Notes: generated by a model from the sequence alone, not told the origin. A stretch of 39,603 bases of DNA from Bacteroidota bacterium (GCA_021789755.1 JAJYJD010000002.1:1-39603), one strand, 5' to 3'. Positions 1-8,289 are shown, counted from the stretch's first letter. Translations and numbers: made by a program.

Positions 1-336
1 GAGAGTCTTGTCTATGTCGATATCGTAATAAAAGCCGTCGTCTATTGCCGGCCCTACGCCGAATTTAGCTTCCGGAAACAGCGACTGGACCGCATGTGCC
101 ATGAGGTGCGAGCTGCTGTGCCAGTATACCTCTTTCCCCTCCGGGTCGTCGAAGGTGAGGAACCGTAATTCGCAGTCGATATTTATGGGCGTGTTGAGGT
201 CTGACACCTTACCGTTGATCTTTGCGGCGAGTGCGTCTTCAGCCAGCGACCTGCTAATTCTCCTGGCTATCTCCGCCGCCGGGGTGGACGGCTCGACTTC
301 AATGACCGATTTGTCCGGTAACGTTACTTTTGGCAT
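1..336 (-). CDS. thrS: Threonine--tRNA ligase, N-terminal fragment; the gene runs off the left edge of the window
   Basis: Not in the ORF track because there is no stop in the window. Hand translation of the minus strand from ATG 336-334 gives MPKVTLPDKSVIEVEPSTPAAEIARRISRSLAEDALAAKINGKVSDLNTPINIDCELRFLTFDDPEGKEVYWHSSSHLMAHAVQSLFPEAKFGVGPAIDDGFYYDIDIDKTL. That is a TGS domain followed by the HxxxH / GPxIxxGFYYDF region typical of ThrRS. The frame is open to position 1. Confidence 0.85.
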   Translation of the reverse strand, partial: MPKVTLPDKSVIEVEPSTPAAEIARRISRSLAEDALAAKINGKVSDLNTPINIDCELRFLTFDDPEGKEVYWHSSSHLMAHAVQSLFPEAKFGVGPAIDDGFYYDIDIDKTL

Positions 337-355
337 AATGGATTATTCATTTAAT

Positions 356-382
356 AACAAAAAATCGGAGGATGCTCCGATT
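356..382 (-). terminator. Intrinsic terminator-like hairpin between tRNA-Val and thrS
   Basis: Minus strand reads AATCGGAG-CATC-CTCCGATT (perfect 8-bp stem, 4-nt loop) followed directly by TTTTGTT. It lies about 160 nt downstream of tRNA-Val and ends 19 nt before the thrS ATG. Confidence 0.6.
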
Positions 383-544
383 CTTGAGGAACCAAACTCC
401 GGCGATTTCTTCCGATAATTACCGACTTGTTTTGCTCTCAATTTTCTGGAACTTACTTCCTGTTGAACTGACGATGAAATTCGTACCTGTCGATTCCCCG
501 CAAAGCGGGATGGCTCTACCGGTCAGGCACGGTCTCACTTTCCG

Positions 545-619
545 TGGGCGATAGAGGATTCGAACCTCTGACCTCTACAATGTCAATGTAGCGCTCTAAA
601 CCAACTGAGCTAATCGCCC
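545..619 (-). tRNA. tRNA-Val, anticodon GAC
   Basis: Reverse complement folds as a cloverleaf. Acceptor GGGCGAT/ATCGCCC, D arm GCTC..GAGC, anticodon stem CTACA/TGTAG with loop TTGACAT, T arm AGAGG-TTCGAAT-CCTCT, discriminator A. CCA is not encoded. Confidence 0.9.
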
Positions 620-636
620 CTGAGCGATTCGGACCG

Positions 637-722
637 TGCCGAGGGCGGGACTTGAACCCGCACGGCCCTTTGGGGCCAAAGGATTTTAAGTCCTTCGCGT
701 CTACCAATTCCGCCACCCCGGC
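637..722 (-). tRNA. tRNA-Leu, anticodon UAA (class II, long variable arm)
   Basis: Reverse complement is GCCGGGGTGGCGGAATTGGTAGACGCGAAGGACTTAAAATCCTTTGGCCCCAAAGGGCCGTGCGGGTTCAAGTCCCGCCCTCGGCA. Acceptor GCCGGGG/CCTCGGC (one G-U), anticodon loop CTTAAAA, long variable stem-loop, T arm GCGGG-TTCAAGT-CCCGC. Confidence 0.9.
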
Positions 723-791
723 TTTAACCAGCCTAAGGCTCGGCAGATTTGCTGGTTAATTTAGCCTGCGGGGGCAACAAAGTCAACGTGA

Positions 792-3158
792 GTGCCACAA
801 AATCGCGTTTCTAGGCGTCCTCGGCACTCTGCAGCTGCGAATCCGTCTTTTCTCGACGACTGGGCCCCTTCTTCCTTAGAGGCAGTTCCTAAAGGGCTTG
901 GAAATTTATCTGCCGCCCCTAAATTGAATAAAGAAAGAAATTCCGGAAGATTACCAGAAGTGTCATACCTTGCTGACGTAAAAAGTGTCGAAAGACTTAA
1001 CCGCCTTCTTGAAGCGTGCAGGAACAACCTGTACACGTTTGACGAGGATCTGATAAGGCGAGCTTTTCAATTCAGCTGGAACGCACATGTCAAGGGCAAG
1101 CCCAGAGCTTCCGGTGAGCCGTTTTTCTCACACCCGTATGAAGTTGCCCTCGTAGTGGCCAAGGAGATTCCGCTTGACGATATCTCGGTCGCTTCAGCTC
1201 TTCTGCATGACGTGGTTGAGGATACAGGCTATGACCTGAAAGCCATCAGAACGGAATTCGGAAACGAAATAGCCGAGATAGTCGACGGGGTCACGAAGAT
1301 TTCGGGTGCGGTGGAAAGTCACGAGATAACCCGGGCTGAGAATTACCGCAAAATGCTCCTATCGATGGCAAGGGATGTGCGGGTAATTCTGATCAAGTTT
1401 GCCGACCGCCTGCACAACATGAGAACGCTTGCCTTCCTTGCACCGGACAAACAGCAGAGGATCGCCAGGGAAACGCTGGAGATCTACGCCCCCCTTGCCC
1501 ACAGGTTCGGTCTAGCAAAAGTAAAATGGGAATTCGAAGACCTTGCGTTCAAACACATCAACAGCACGGATTACGAGTATATCTCGCGGAAACTGAACGC
1601 GAAGAGGAGAGAACGAGAAGGTTACATAAGGAAATTTATCCAACCGATAAAAAAGCGTCTCGAAGAGGCTGAGTACGAGTTCGAAATCACCGGCAGGCCG
1701 AAGCACATTTACAGTATCTACAACAAGATGGTCAAGCGCAACAAGCCGATTGAAGAGATATACGATCTCTTCGCCGTGCGCGTGATTCTGGATACCGCAG
1801 ACAAGAACGACTGCTTCTCTGCGTACGGCATTGTCTCGGAAATCTACACGCCTGTACCGGAACGTTTCAAGGACTACATCTCGGTGCCGAAGCAGAACGG
1901 ATACCAGTCGATCCACACAACCGTAGTGGGCCCCGAGGGAAAAATGGTCGAGGTCCAGATCAGGACTCGGCAGATGGACGAGGTTGCCGAGCGCGGCGTG
2001 GCGGCTCACTGGAAATATAAGGAAGACGTCAAAGCCTCGGACCGCAAACTAGACGAGTGGTTGTCATGGGTCCGCGAGATCCTGGAGCAACCGGCAGTCT
2101 CGGGCGCTGAAGATGCCGCTAAGAGCTTTCTCGAGGGTTTCAAGCTCGATCTTTACCAGGACGAGATCTATGTGTTTACTCCCAAAGGCGACCTGCAGGT
2201 TCTGCCGAGAGGTTCGACTCCGGTCGACTTCGCTTTCGAGATACATTCCCAGGTAGGCACTCACTGTGTCGGAGCGAAGGTCAACGGGCGGATTGTCCCT
2301 CTCAATACCAGGCTCAACAGCGGTGATCAGATCGAGATCATTACTTCTTCCAGCCAGAATGTCAACCCGGATTGGGAGAAGTTCGTCGTCTCCAGGAAAG
2401 CCAAGGCGCACATCAGGCGATGGATAAACGACGAGACCAGAAAGAAGGCTGCGGAAGGAGAAGAAGCGTGGGCTAAGAGGCTCAAGAAGCACAAGTTGAC
2501 GTTGTCGGAGGACGATTTCACGAAGCTTGTGCGTGATCTTAAGTACGACAACCCGCAGAAGTTCTTCGTTGCAGTCGCAGAAGAGGAGGTGGAGCCGGAT
2601 AGGATCATAGCCCGGCTCACGCAGCAGAGATCGGTCAAGGAATCAGCCGAGAGCACCAAGCCTGCACATACTTTTGTCGAGATCGCAAGGAAAGCTTCGG
2701 AGGGCATCGTCGTCGACGGCTCGCGGAGCGACTGGAAGGTTTCCTACGCGAAGTGCTGCAACCCTATCCCGGGAGACGAGATCGTCGGCTTCGTGACGAC
2801 CGGCGAGGGGATAAAAATCCACCGGAAGAATTGCTCGAACCTTGCGAGGATGGCAGGAGCCGCCCGCGAAAGAATTGTCGACGCGTCGTGGCCGGGCGAG
2901 AGCAGCGGCCTGTTCGTCGCCGGGGTCTCCGTCTCGGGAATGGACCGGCCCGGCATTCTCACCGAGCTGACACACTCTATATCGAGTTATCAAAACACGA
3001 ACATCAGGAGCGTATCGGCCGAGGTGAGGGATGCCGTCTTTGAAAGCCAGATCATCATTTATGTGAAAGACAAGAACCACCTCGATCATCTGATCGACAA
3101 GCTGAAGAAAATCGTCGGCGTTACTCGCGTTGACAGAATGCAGGGACAGAATGCCTGA
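792..3158 (+). CDS. relA: Bifunctional (p)ppGpp synthetase/hydrolase, RelA/SpoT homologue
   Basis: HD hydrolase motifs HPYEVA...LLHDVVEDT. Synthetase motifs GRPKHIYSIYNKM and DLFAVRVI. TGS region VFTPKGDLQVLPRGSTPVDFAFEIHSQVG and a C-terminal ACT-like region. Start is uncertain: the frame opens with GTG 792, the first ~65 residues are non-conserved, and there is no in-frame ATG there. An internal TTG/GTG start around 920-960 is possible. Confidence 0.9.
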   Translation: MPQNRVSRRPRHSAAANPSFLDDWAPSSLEAVPKGLGNLSAAPKLNKERNSGRLPEVSYLADVKSVERLNRLLEACRNNLYTFDEDLIRRAFQFSWNAHVKGKPRASGEPFFSHPYEVALVVAKEIPLDDISVASALLHDVVEDTGYDLKAIRTEFGNEIAEIVDGVTKISGAVESHEITRAENYRKMLLSMARDVRVILIKFADRLHNMRTLAFLAPDKQQRIARETLEIYAPLAHRFGLAKVKWEFEDLAFKHINSTDYEYISRKLNAKRREREGYIRKFIQPIKKRLEEAEYEFEITGRPKHIYSIYNKMVKRNKPIEEIYDLFAVRVILDTADKNDCFSAYGIVSEIYTPVPERFKDYISVPKQNGYQSIHTTVVGPEGKMVEVQIRTRQMDEVAERGVAAHWKYKEDVKASDRKLDEWLSWVREILEQPAVSGAEDAAKSFLEGFKLDLYQDEIYVFTPKGDLQVLPRGSTPVDFAFEIHSQVGTHCVGAKVNGRIVPLNTRLNSGDQIEIITSSSQNVNPDWEKFVVSRKAKAHIRRWINDETRKKAAEGEEAWAKRLKKHKLTLSEDDFTKLVRDLKYDNPQKFFVAVAEEEVEPDRIIARLTQQRSVKESAESTKPAHTFVEIARKASEGIVVDGSRSDWKVSYAKCCNPIPGDEIVGFVTTGEGIKIHRKNCSNLARMAGAARERIVDASWPGESSGLFVAGVSVSGMDRPGILTELTHSISSYQNTNIRSVSAEVRDAVFESQIIIYVKDKNHLDHLIDKLKKIVGVTRVDRMQGQNA

Positions 3159-3588
3159 GGGGAAGAGAATTCTCGGAATCGATTTCGGGATGAAGAGGGT
3201 CGGAGTAGCGGTAAGCGACCCGATGGGCATCATCGCGCAGGGCGTCGATACTCTCTCGAACGACTCGAGCCTCATCGGTAAGATTTTCGATATCGTGAAG
3301 AAAATGCTAGTGTGGAAAGTGGTAGTGGGGAAGCCGCTGAAACTGAGTGGAGAGGCGGGAAACTCGGCAGTCGAGGCGGCCAAGTTCGCAGATAAGCTTC
3401 GGGAGAGATTGTCACGCGAGCTGCCCGGTGTGGAGGTTGTGGAGTGGGACGAAAGATTCACGACGACGATCGCGCAGAGGACCCAGTTGGAGCTCGGTGT
3501 AAAGAAGAAAGAAAGGCAGAAGAAGGGCAATCTGGATCGAATGGCATCACAACTGATCCTGCAGAGCTATCTTGATTCTCACAGATGA
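3151..3588 (+). CDS. ruvX: Putative pre-16S rRNA nuclease / Holliday junction resolvase-like protein YqgF
   Basis: N-terminal ILGIDFGMKRVGVAVSD motif and a size of about 145 aa. ATG 3151 overlaps the relA stop (3156-3158) by 8 nt. The ORF-track TTG 3130 is an alternative start. Confidence 0.8.
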   Translation: MPEGKRILGIDFGMKRVGVAVSDPMGIIAQGVDTLSNDSSLIGKIFDIVKKMLVWKVVVGKPLKLSGEAGNSAVEAAKFADKLRERLSRELPGVEVVEWDERFTTTIAQRTQLELGVKKKERQKKGNLDRMASQLILQSYLDSHR

Positions 3589-4304
3589 ACGATAAATCTA
3601 ATCCGCGCCGGCGGAGGCTGCCGGTCGCGCGGATACTTCTGGTGGCTTTAGTCGCATTTTTGACCGTGGAAGCGATCTACCTCCCTTATCCATGGACTGT
3701 CGCGAAATTGAAAAGTACGAATCCCGACATCACTTCCCTCATGAAGGAGAGAATCCGCAAGGCGAAAGAGAGACATCAGAGATATATGATTCACAGGTCT
3801 TATGTCCCTCTCTCCAGGATCTCGAACGATTTGGTGCATGCGGTCATTGTCGGGGAAGACGGTACGTTTTACGAGAACAACGGCGTCGACTGGTTTGAGG
3901 TCCGGGAATCCATCGACGCGGATCTGGATGCGATGAAAATCGTCCGCGGCTCGAGCACAATCACCATGCAGCTGGCGAAAAATTTGTGGTATTCGACGAG
4001 CAGGGATCCTCTGACGAAGTTGAACGAGGTGATCGCAGCTTACCTGCTCGATCATTACCTCTCGAAGAACCGGATCATGGAGCTTTACCTGAACTACATA
4101 GAGTTCGGGCAGGGAGTATTCGGCATCGAAGCGGCGAGCGAGCTGTATTATAACGAACCGGCATCTGCGCTTACGCGTGACCAGGCCGCGCGGCTGGCAG
4201 CGATAATCCCCAGCCCGCTAAGGCATTCTCCTGATTCCGGCTCGAGATTTGTCACATTCAGGACCGGTGTGATTCTGGACAGGATGCAGGCGCGGGGATG
4301 GTGA
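3585..4304 (+). CDS. mtgA: Monofunctional peptidoglycan glycosyltransferase (GT51)
   Basis: N-terminal membrane anchor ILLVALVAFLTVEAIYL, GT51 motifs EDGTFYENNGVD and GSSTITMQLAKN, no transpeptidase domain. ATGA overlap with the ruvX stop. Confidence 0.85.
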   Translation: MNDKSNPRRRRLPVARILLVALVAFLTVEAIYLPYPWTVAKLKSTNPDITSLMKERIRKAKERHQRYMIHRSYVPLSRISNDLVHAVIVGEDGTFYENNGVDWFEVRESIDADLDAMKIVRGSSTITMQLAKNLWYSTSRDPLTKLNEVIAAYLLDHYLSKNRIMELYLNYIEFGQGVFGIEAASELYYNEPASALTRDQAARLAAIIPSPLRHSPDSGSRFVTFRTGVILDRMQARGW

Positions 4305-4399
4305 ATGGAGACAAGAATTCTTAATTTTGAATTAATTGTTGAGTATCTTCGATGAATGAAGAACTGAGATGTTAGAATCTGAAATTCCGGAACACAGAA

Positions 4400-5050
4400 G
4401 TGGACATCGCTGAATTAAAGGCCCTGATCTCCGAAGGCGAGAATTTCAAGATCGAGTTCAAACGCCAGTTCAGCTCGGTCGAGAAGATTGCCAAGGAGCT
4501 GATCGCGTTCGCAAACACAAAAGGAGGAATGATCCTGTTCGGGGTGGATGACGACGGCACTATTTACGGCGTGGAGAGCGAGAAATCCGAAATCGACCTG
4601 ATATACGAAGCCGCGAGAGATTACTGCGAGCCCCCGATAGAGCCTATAGTCCAGGTGATCGAGCTCAACAGAAAGGATGTGGTGGTCGCCATCGTCGAGG
4701 AAAGCCGCACGAAGCCGCACCGTCTCCAGGATTACCGCATGGTCCTCTCACGCGACGCGAAGGTATATATAAGGATAAACGATAAGAGTGTGATTGCCAG
4801 CCGGGAAGTCGTGAAGATCCTGGAGAGCGAGAGTCCCGACAGTGAGCCCCTTTCGATCATAATCGGCGACAATGAAAGGCGGCTTTTCAAATACCTCGAG
4901 GAGTACGACCGGATAACTGTGAAGGATTACGCCAGGCTGGTGAATGTAAGCGAGCGCCGGGCTTCGCGAATACTCGTGAACCTGGTGAGGGCGGGGGTAG
5001 TCAGAATCCACACGGAAGAGAGATTCGAGTACTTCACGTCGGCATTCTAG
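4400..5050 (+). CDS. AlbA_2 (Schlafen-like divergent AAA) domain protein with C-terminal winged helix-turn-helix
   Basis: EGENFKIEFKRQFSS...AFANTKGGMILFGVDDDGTIYGV resembles the AlbA_2 core. The C-terminal ITVKDYARLVNVSERRASRILVNLVRAGVV looks like a wHTH. GTG start with no obvious SD, so the start is uncertain. Confidence 0.6.
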   Translation: MDIAELKALISEGENFKIEFKRQFSSVEKIAKELIAFANTKGGMILFGVDDDGTIYGVESEKSEIDLIYEAARDYCEPPIEPIVQVIELNRKDVVVAIVEESRTKPHRLQDYRMVLSRDAKVYIRINDKSVIASREVVKILESESPDSEPLSIIIGDNERRLFKYLEEYDRITVKDYARLVNVSERRASRILVNLVRAGVVRIHTEERFEYFTSAF

Positions 5051-5064
5051 AAAAAATCCACGTC

Positions 5065-5134
5065 TCAAAATTCAAAAGTCAACAGAGAGGATTTGAGTCG
5101 GGTTATTTTTGAATTTTGACCTTTGACTTTTGAA
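5065..5134 (+). terminator. AT-rich alternative inverted repeats in the convergent gap after the AlbA_2 gene
   Basis: TCAAAATTCAAAA (5065-5077) is the exact reverse complement of TTTTGAATTTTGA (5107-5119). TTCAAAAGTCAA (5071-5082) is the exact reverse complement of TTGACTTTTGAA (5123-5134). The right arms lie inside the last codons of the SpoU gene. Confidence 0.3.
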
Positions 5135-5669
5135 CTTGTCCGGTGAATATCTCAAACAATCTGTAAACTGCTATTCCGTATGCGACCGCCACGTTGAGCG
5201 AGTGCTTCACCCCCAGCATAGGAATCTCGGCTGCGATATCCGCCGCCTCCAGAACATCCTTTGTAATCCCGCCTATTTCGTTTCCTACCGCGAGGCAAGC
5301 CGGGAAAATGTCATTCGGAAGCTCCCACAAAGGAATGCTTTCCTTAGTTTGTTCAAGGACGATGAGCCTGACCCCTTTCGCCTTGACCTCCGCGACCACG
5401 TCCATCGGGTTATTATGATACGCCCACGGAACGCTCTCGACCGCGCCCAGTGCCGTCTTTGAAATTTCGGGCCGGGGGGGATAGGGAGTAAATCCGGTCA
5501 GATAGACTCCGGACAGAAGCGCGGCGTCGGAAGTCCGGAAGATCGAGCCGACGTTGTATAGGCTGCGGACGTTTTCGAGGAACCCGTATATCGGAGTGCG
5601 CTCCGCCGTTACTGTCTGCTCCAGAGTCTTTCTCCGGGCGGTGATTTCTGCATGAGTGAGCTTATGCAT
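5103..5669 (-). CDS. SpoU/TrmH-family RNA 2'-O-methyltransferase
   Basis: SPOUT motifs NVGSIFRTSDA, LAVGNEIGGI and IPMLGVKHSLNVAVAYGI in 188 aa. The start overlaps the stop of the upstream membrane-protein gene by 8 nt (ATGCATAA). Confidence 0.8.
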   Translation of the reverse strand: MHKLTHAEITARRKTLEQTVTAERTPIYGFLENVRSLYNVGSIFRTSDAALLSGVYLTGFTPYPPRPEISKTALGAVESVPWAYHNNPMDVVAEVKAKGVRLIVLEQTKESIPLWELPNDIFPACLAVGNEIGGITKDVLEAADIAAEIPMLGVKHSLNVAVAYGIAVYRLFEIFTGQVQKSKVKIQK

Positions 5670-6057
5670 CGGCGGTTTCCCGTTCCTTCGGGTTTCTGAA
5701 CCAGACCTTGTAGAAGATCGCCTCCAGAATTGTCAGCAGTATCAGCGAGAGAGAGTCGTTATTAAGAATTGGCCCCAATCCTTTCGGGCCGAATGTCAGA
5801 CCGACAGCGAACGAAGAAAAAGTCCACCCCGCTGTAAATACGATAGCGGCGAAGCCGATCGTCATGAAGGCTTCGCTCAAGGTCTCCTCGTAATACTTCT
5901 TCACGAAAAGATAGACACCGGCAGTTATGTGAACCCAGAAAATGAGAACGGGAATCATCGGGAATAAAGTCTCATTCGGCCGGCGGAAAATCAAGGTGAA
6001 ACTGTAATTCACTTTCGGAGACGGGTCGCAGTCGTCCGTTCGTTGTAAAATGTCCAT
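5662..6057 (-). CDS. Small integral membrane protein, function unknown
   Basis: Three hydrophobic segments: MIPVLIFWVHITAGVYLFV, FMTIGFAAIVFTAGWTFSSFAVGLTF and LSLILLTILEAIFY. I place the start at the internal ATG 6057 because the ORF-track start (6153) would overlap the conserved N-terminus of thrB on the other strand. ATG 5958 is another option. Confidence 0.5.
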   Translation of the reverse strand: MDILQRTDDCDPSPKVNYSFTLIFRRPNETLFPMIPVLIFWVHITAGVYLFVKKYYEETLSEAFMTIGFAAIVFTAGWTFSSFAVGLTFGPKGLGPILNNDSLSLILLTILEAIFYKVWFRNPKERETADA

Positions 6058-6098
6058 TCCAAAGATATATTCTAATATCAGAAGAGAAGGAGCTTTCG

Positions 6099-6983
6099 CT
6101 GAAAGTAGTTGTTCCAGCATCGACGTCGAATTTAGGTCCGGGGTTCGATACACTCGGGCTGGCCGTGAATAGATACCTGGTGATCGAAGCTGAACGGGCG
6201 ACGGAGCTTTCTATTTCATTGAGCGGCGAAGGAGCCGGAGACATCCCTGTCGACGGCCGCAACCTGACCGTCCTTGCCATCAAAAGGATTCTCAGAGAAA
6301 CCCCCGGCCTGAGAATCAAGATTCACAACGGCATTCCCGCGTGCGGAGGATTCGGAGCGAGCGGTGCCGCAATAGTAGGCGGGCTGCTCCTCGGGAACGA
6401 GCTATCGGAAGACAAACTCGGCATGGACGAAATTTATAACATCGCCGTTGAGATCGAAGGGCACCCGGACAATGTCAGTGCCGCCTTGTTCGGCGGGCTG
6501 GTTGTAAATGCGCGGTCGGCCGCCGGAAAATACTCACGGATTATGATACCCGTTGACGGCAAGTTGAAGCTCGTGGCCGTCCTGCCCGATGCGCGTGTTG
6601 AAACCAAAGCCGCAAGAAGAATACTTCCGTCCAGCGTATCTCTGGCCGAGGCCGTGTCAAACGTCCAGCACAGCTCGCTGCTTGTCGCAGCTCTCGCCTC
6701 GAGGAATTACGACATGATCAGATATGCCGTCCACGATGAGCTGCACGAAAAACACAGGAAGAAGCTGATACCGCATTTCGATGAGTTTGCCGCGACGGCA
6801 TCAGAAAACGGTGCCCTCGGCTTCACTGTAAGCGGGGCGGGAAGCAGCTGCATAGCTTTCTGTCTCGATGAATGCATCAAGGTGCGCGACGCCATCGCTA
6901 ACCTCATCGAAAGTCTAGGTTTTGCATGGCGTACCGAGATCTTCGAGCCGGTCAACAAGGGCGCGGAAATTTTTACAGACTGA
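6099..6983 (+). CDS. thrB: Homoserine kinase (GHMP kinase family), proposed CTG start
   Basis: GHMP motif GFGASGAAIVGG, plus EGHPDNVSAALFGG and GAGSSCIAF. The conserved N-terminal motif VPASTSNLGPGFDTLG is encoded upstream of the first canonical start (GTG 6165). AAGGAG at 6087-6092 lies 6 nt before CTG 6099. Confidence 0.8.
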   Translation: MKVVVPASTSNLGPGFDTLGLAVNRYLVIEAERATELSISLSGEGAGDIPVDGRNLTVLAIKRILRETPGLRIKIHNGIPACGGFGASGAAIVGGLLLGNELSEDKLGMDEIYNIAVEIEGHPDNVSAALFGGLVVNARSAAGKYSRIMIPVDGKLKLVAVLPDARVETKAARRILPSSVSLAEAVSNVQHSSLLVAALASRNYDMIRYAVHDELHEKHRKKLIPHFDEFAATASENGALGFTVSGAGSSCIAFCLDECIKVRDAIANLIESLGFAWRTEIFEPVNKGAEIFTD

Positions 6984-6984
6984 C

Positions 6985-8289
6985 ATGGCGACAATAGCGA
7001 TTGTCGGCCGGCCGAATGTCGGCAAATCGACCCTTTTCAACAGGCTCATCGGCGGCAGACGCGCCATCGTCGACGACAAACCGGGTGTAACACGCGACAG
7101 GAATTACGGCTCCTTCGAATGGAGGGGAAGGGAGTACACTTTGATAGATACCGGCGGCTTCGTGCCGGACTCCCAGGATGTTTTTGAAAAGGCGATCAGG
7201 GAACAGGCGCAATACGCAGTGGACGAGGCTGATGCGATAGTTCTCGTTGTCGACGGGGCCGCCGGGCCACATCCTATCGATAAAGAATTGGCAATGGTCC
7301 TCCGCAAGAAAGCCAAGAAGGTCTTGATCGCCGTGAACAAGGTCGACGACACCAAGCACGAACGAAACGTCGGACAATTCTTCGAGCTGGGATTCGAGAG
7401 GGTGATTCCGATTTCTGCCCAGCTGGGGAGAAGCGTGGGAGATTTTCTCGACGAAGTCTCGAAGATCATCCCCGATGCCAAAACCGCTGAAGACGCCTAT
7501 CCGAGTAAGAAGATCGCGATAATCGGGAAGCCGAATGTCGGAAAGTCGTCGCTCGTAAATTTCCTTCTCGGCGAGAACCGCTCGATAGTCACAGCCGTGC
7601 CCGGCACGACGCGGGACTCTGTGGACACGCTCCTCAATTTCCAGGGTGAAGAGATAATCCTGATAGACACGGCCGGTCTTAGAAAGAAAAGCAAAATCAA
7701 GGAGTCGATAGAGTTCTTCAGCACGCTGAGGACGTTTCAAGCCGTTGAACGCTGCGATGCGGCCATAATCCTTTTCGACGCCTCGGTGGGCGTAGAGAAG
7801 CAGGATCTCCAGATTGCGGAATACACGATCGAACAGGGGAAGCCTGCCGTGATCGGCGTAAACAAGTGGGACCTTGTCGACAAAAAGGAAGTGACGGCAG
7901 AAGAGTACGCGCAGAGGATAAAGGAGCGGCTCCGTATTTACGATTTCGTGCCGATAACATTCGTCTCGGTTTTGAAGAAACAGCGCGTGCAGAAGCTGCT
8001 TTCCGGGGCTCTTGCCGCGATCAACGGAACAAAGGTGAAGATCAAGACGAGCGAGCTCAACGACTACATGCTCCCTTTGATCGAGTCAACGCCGCCGTTC
8101 TCAAAGACCGGGAAGGAGATCAGGATAAAATACATAACGCAGGTCGAGAGCAAGCTTCCGACATTCGCGATGTTTACCAACCTGCCGGATGAAATCTCGA
8201 TTACTTACAGACGCTTCCTCGAAAACAGGCTACGCGAAAGATTCAAGTTCGAAGGCGTCCCGATTAGGTTGGTGTTCAAACAAAAATAG
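6985..8289 (+). CDS. der: Ribosome-biogenesis GTPase Der/EngA (tandem G domains)
   Basis: Two P-loops (GRPNVGKSTLFN and GKPNVGKSSLVN), DTGG/DTAG, NKVD/NKWD, and a KH-like C-terminus. ATG 6985 lies 1 nt after the thrB TGA. The ORF-track extension to 6922 overlaps thrB and is not needed. Confidence 0.9.
   Translation: MATIAIVGRPNVGKSTLFNRLIGGRRAIVDDKPGVTRDRNYGSFEWRGREYTLIDTGGFVPDSQDVFEKAIREQAQYAVDEADAIVLVVDGAAGPHPIDKELAMVLRKKAKKVLIAVNKVDDTKHERNVGQFFELGFERVIPISAQLGRSVGDFLDEVSKIIPDAKTAEDAYPSKKIAIIGKPNVGKSSLVNFLLGENRSIVTAVPGTTRDSVDTLLNFQGEEIILIDTAGLRKKSKIKESIEFFSTLRTFQAVERCDAAIILFDASVGVEKQDLQIAEYTIEQGKPAVIGVNKWDLVDKKEVTAEEYAQRIKERLRIYDFVPITFVSVLKKQRVQKLLSGALAAINGTKVKIKTSELNDYMLPLIESTPPFSKTGKEIRIKYITQVESKLPTFAMFTNLPDEISITYRRFLENRLRERFKFEGVPIRLVFKQK

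Noticed and set aside
337-544. T-box riboswitch as the explanation for the thrS leader
   Set aside because: I could not find the conserved T-box sequence (GGUGGUACCGCG-like) or a specifier-loop arrangement. Only TGGTTCC is present, which is too weak. The region is kept as an unspecified attenuator candidate.
545-722. tRNA genes as an integration site for a mobile element
   Set aside because: There is no integrase, no duplicated tRNA 3' end and no compositional break nearby. The flanks are thrS and relA.
2643-3530. 295-aa minus-strand ORF antisense to the relA 3' end and ruvX
   Set aside because: It overlaps two genes with clear family motifs. Its own translation is low-complexity (Ser/Pro/Thr/Arg-rich) with no motif. 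It is a typical shadow ORF.
6058-6153. N-terminal 32 codons of the ORF-track membrane protein (5662-6153)
   Set aside because: They would overlap the conserved N-terminus of thrB on the opposite strand. The internal ATG 6057 removes the conflict.
6922-6984. Upstream extensions of der (6922), the 3-hydroxyacyl-CoA dehydrogenase (22571), the aldehyde dehydrogenase (27037) and GH65 (33901) in the ORF track
   Set aside because: In each case the extension overlaps the preceding gene or adds non-conserved residues before a canonical family N-terminus that begins at an internal ATG.
6973-7740. 255-aa minus-strand ORF antisense to der, plus shorter ones at 7104-7481 and 7497-7724
   Set aside because: der has two unmistakable GTPase domains on the plus strand. 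The antisense frames are Arg-rich with no motifs.
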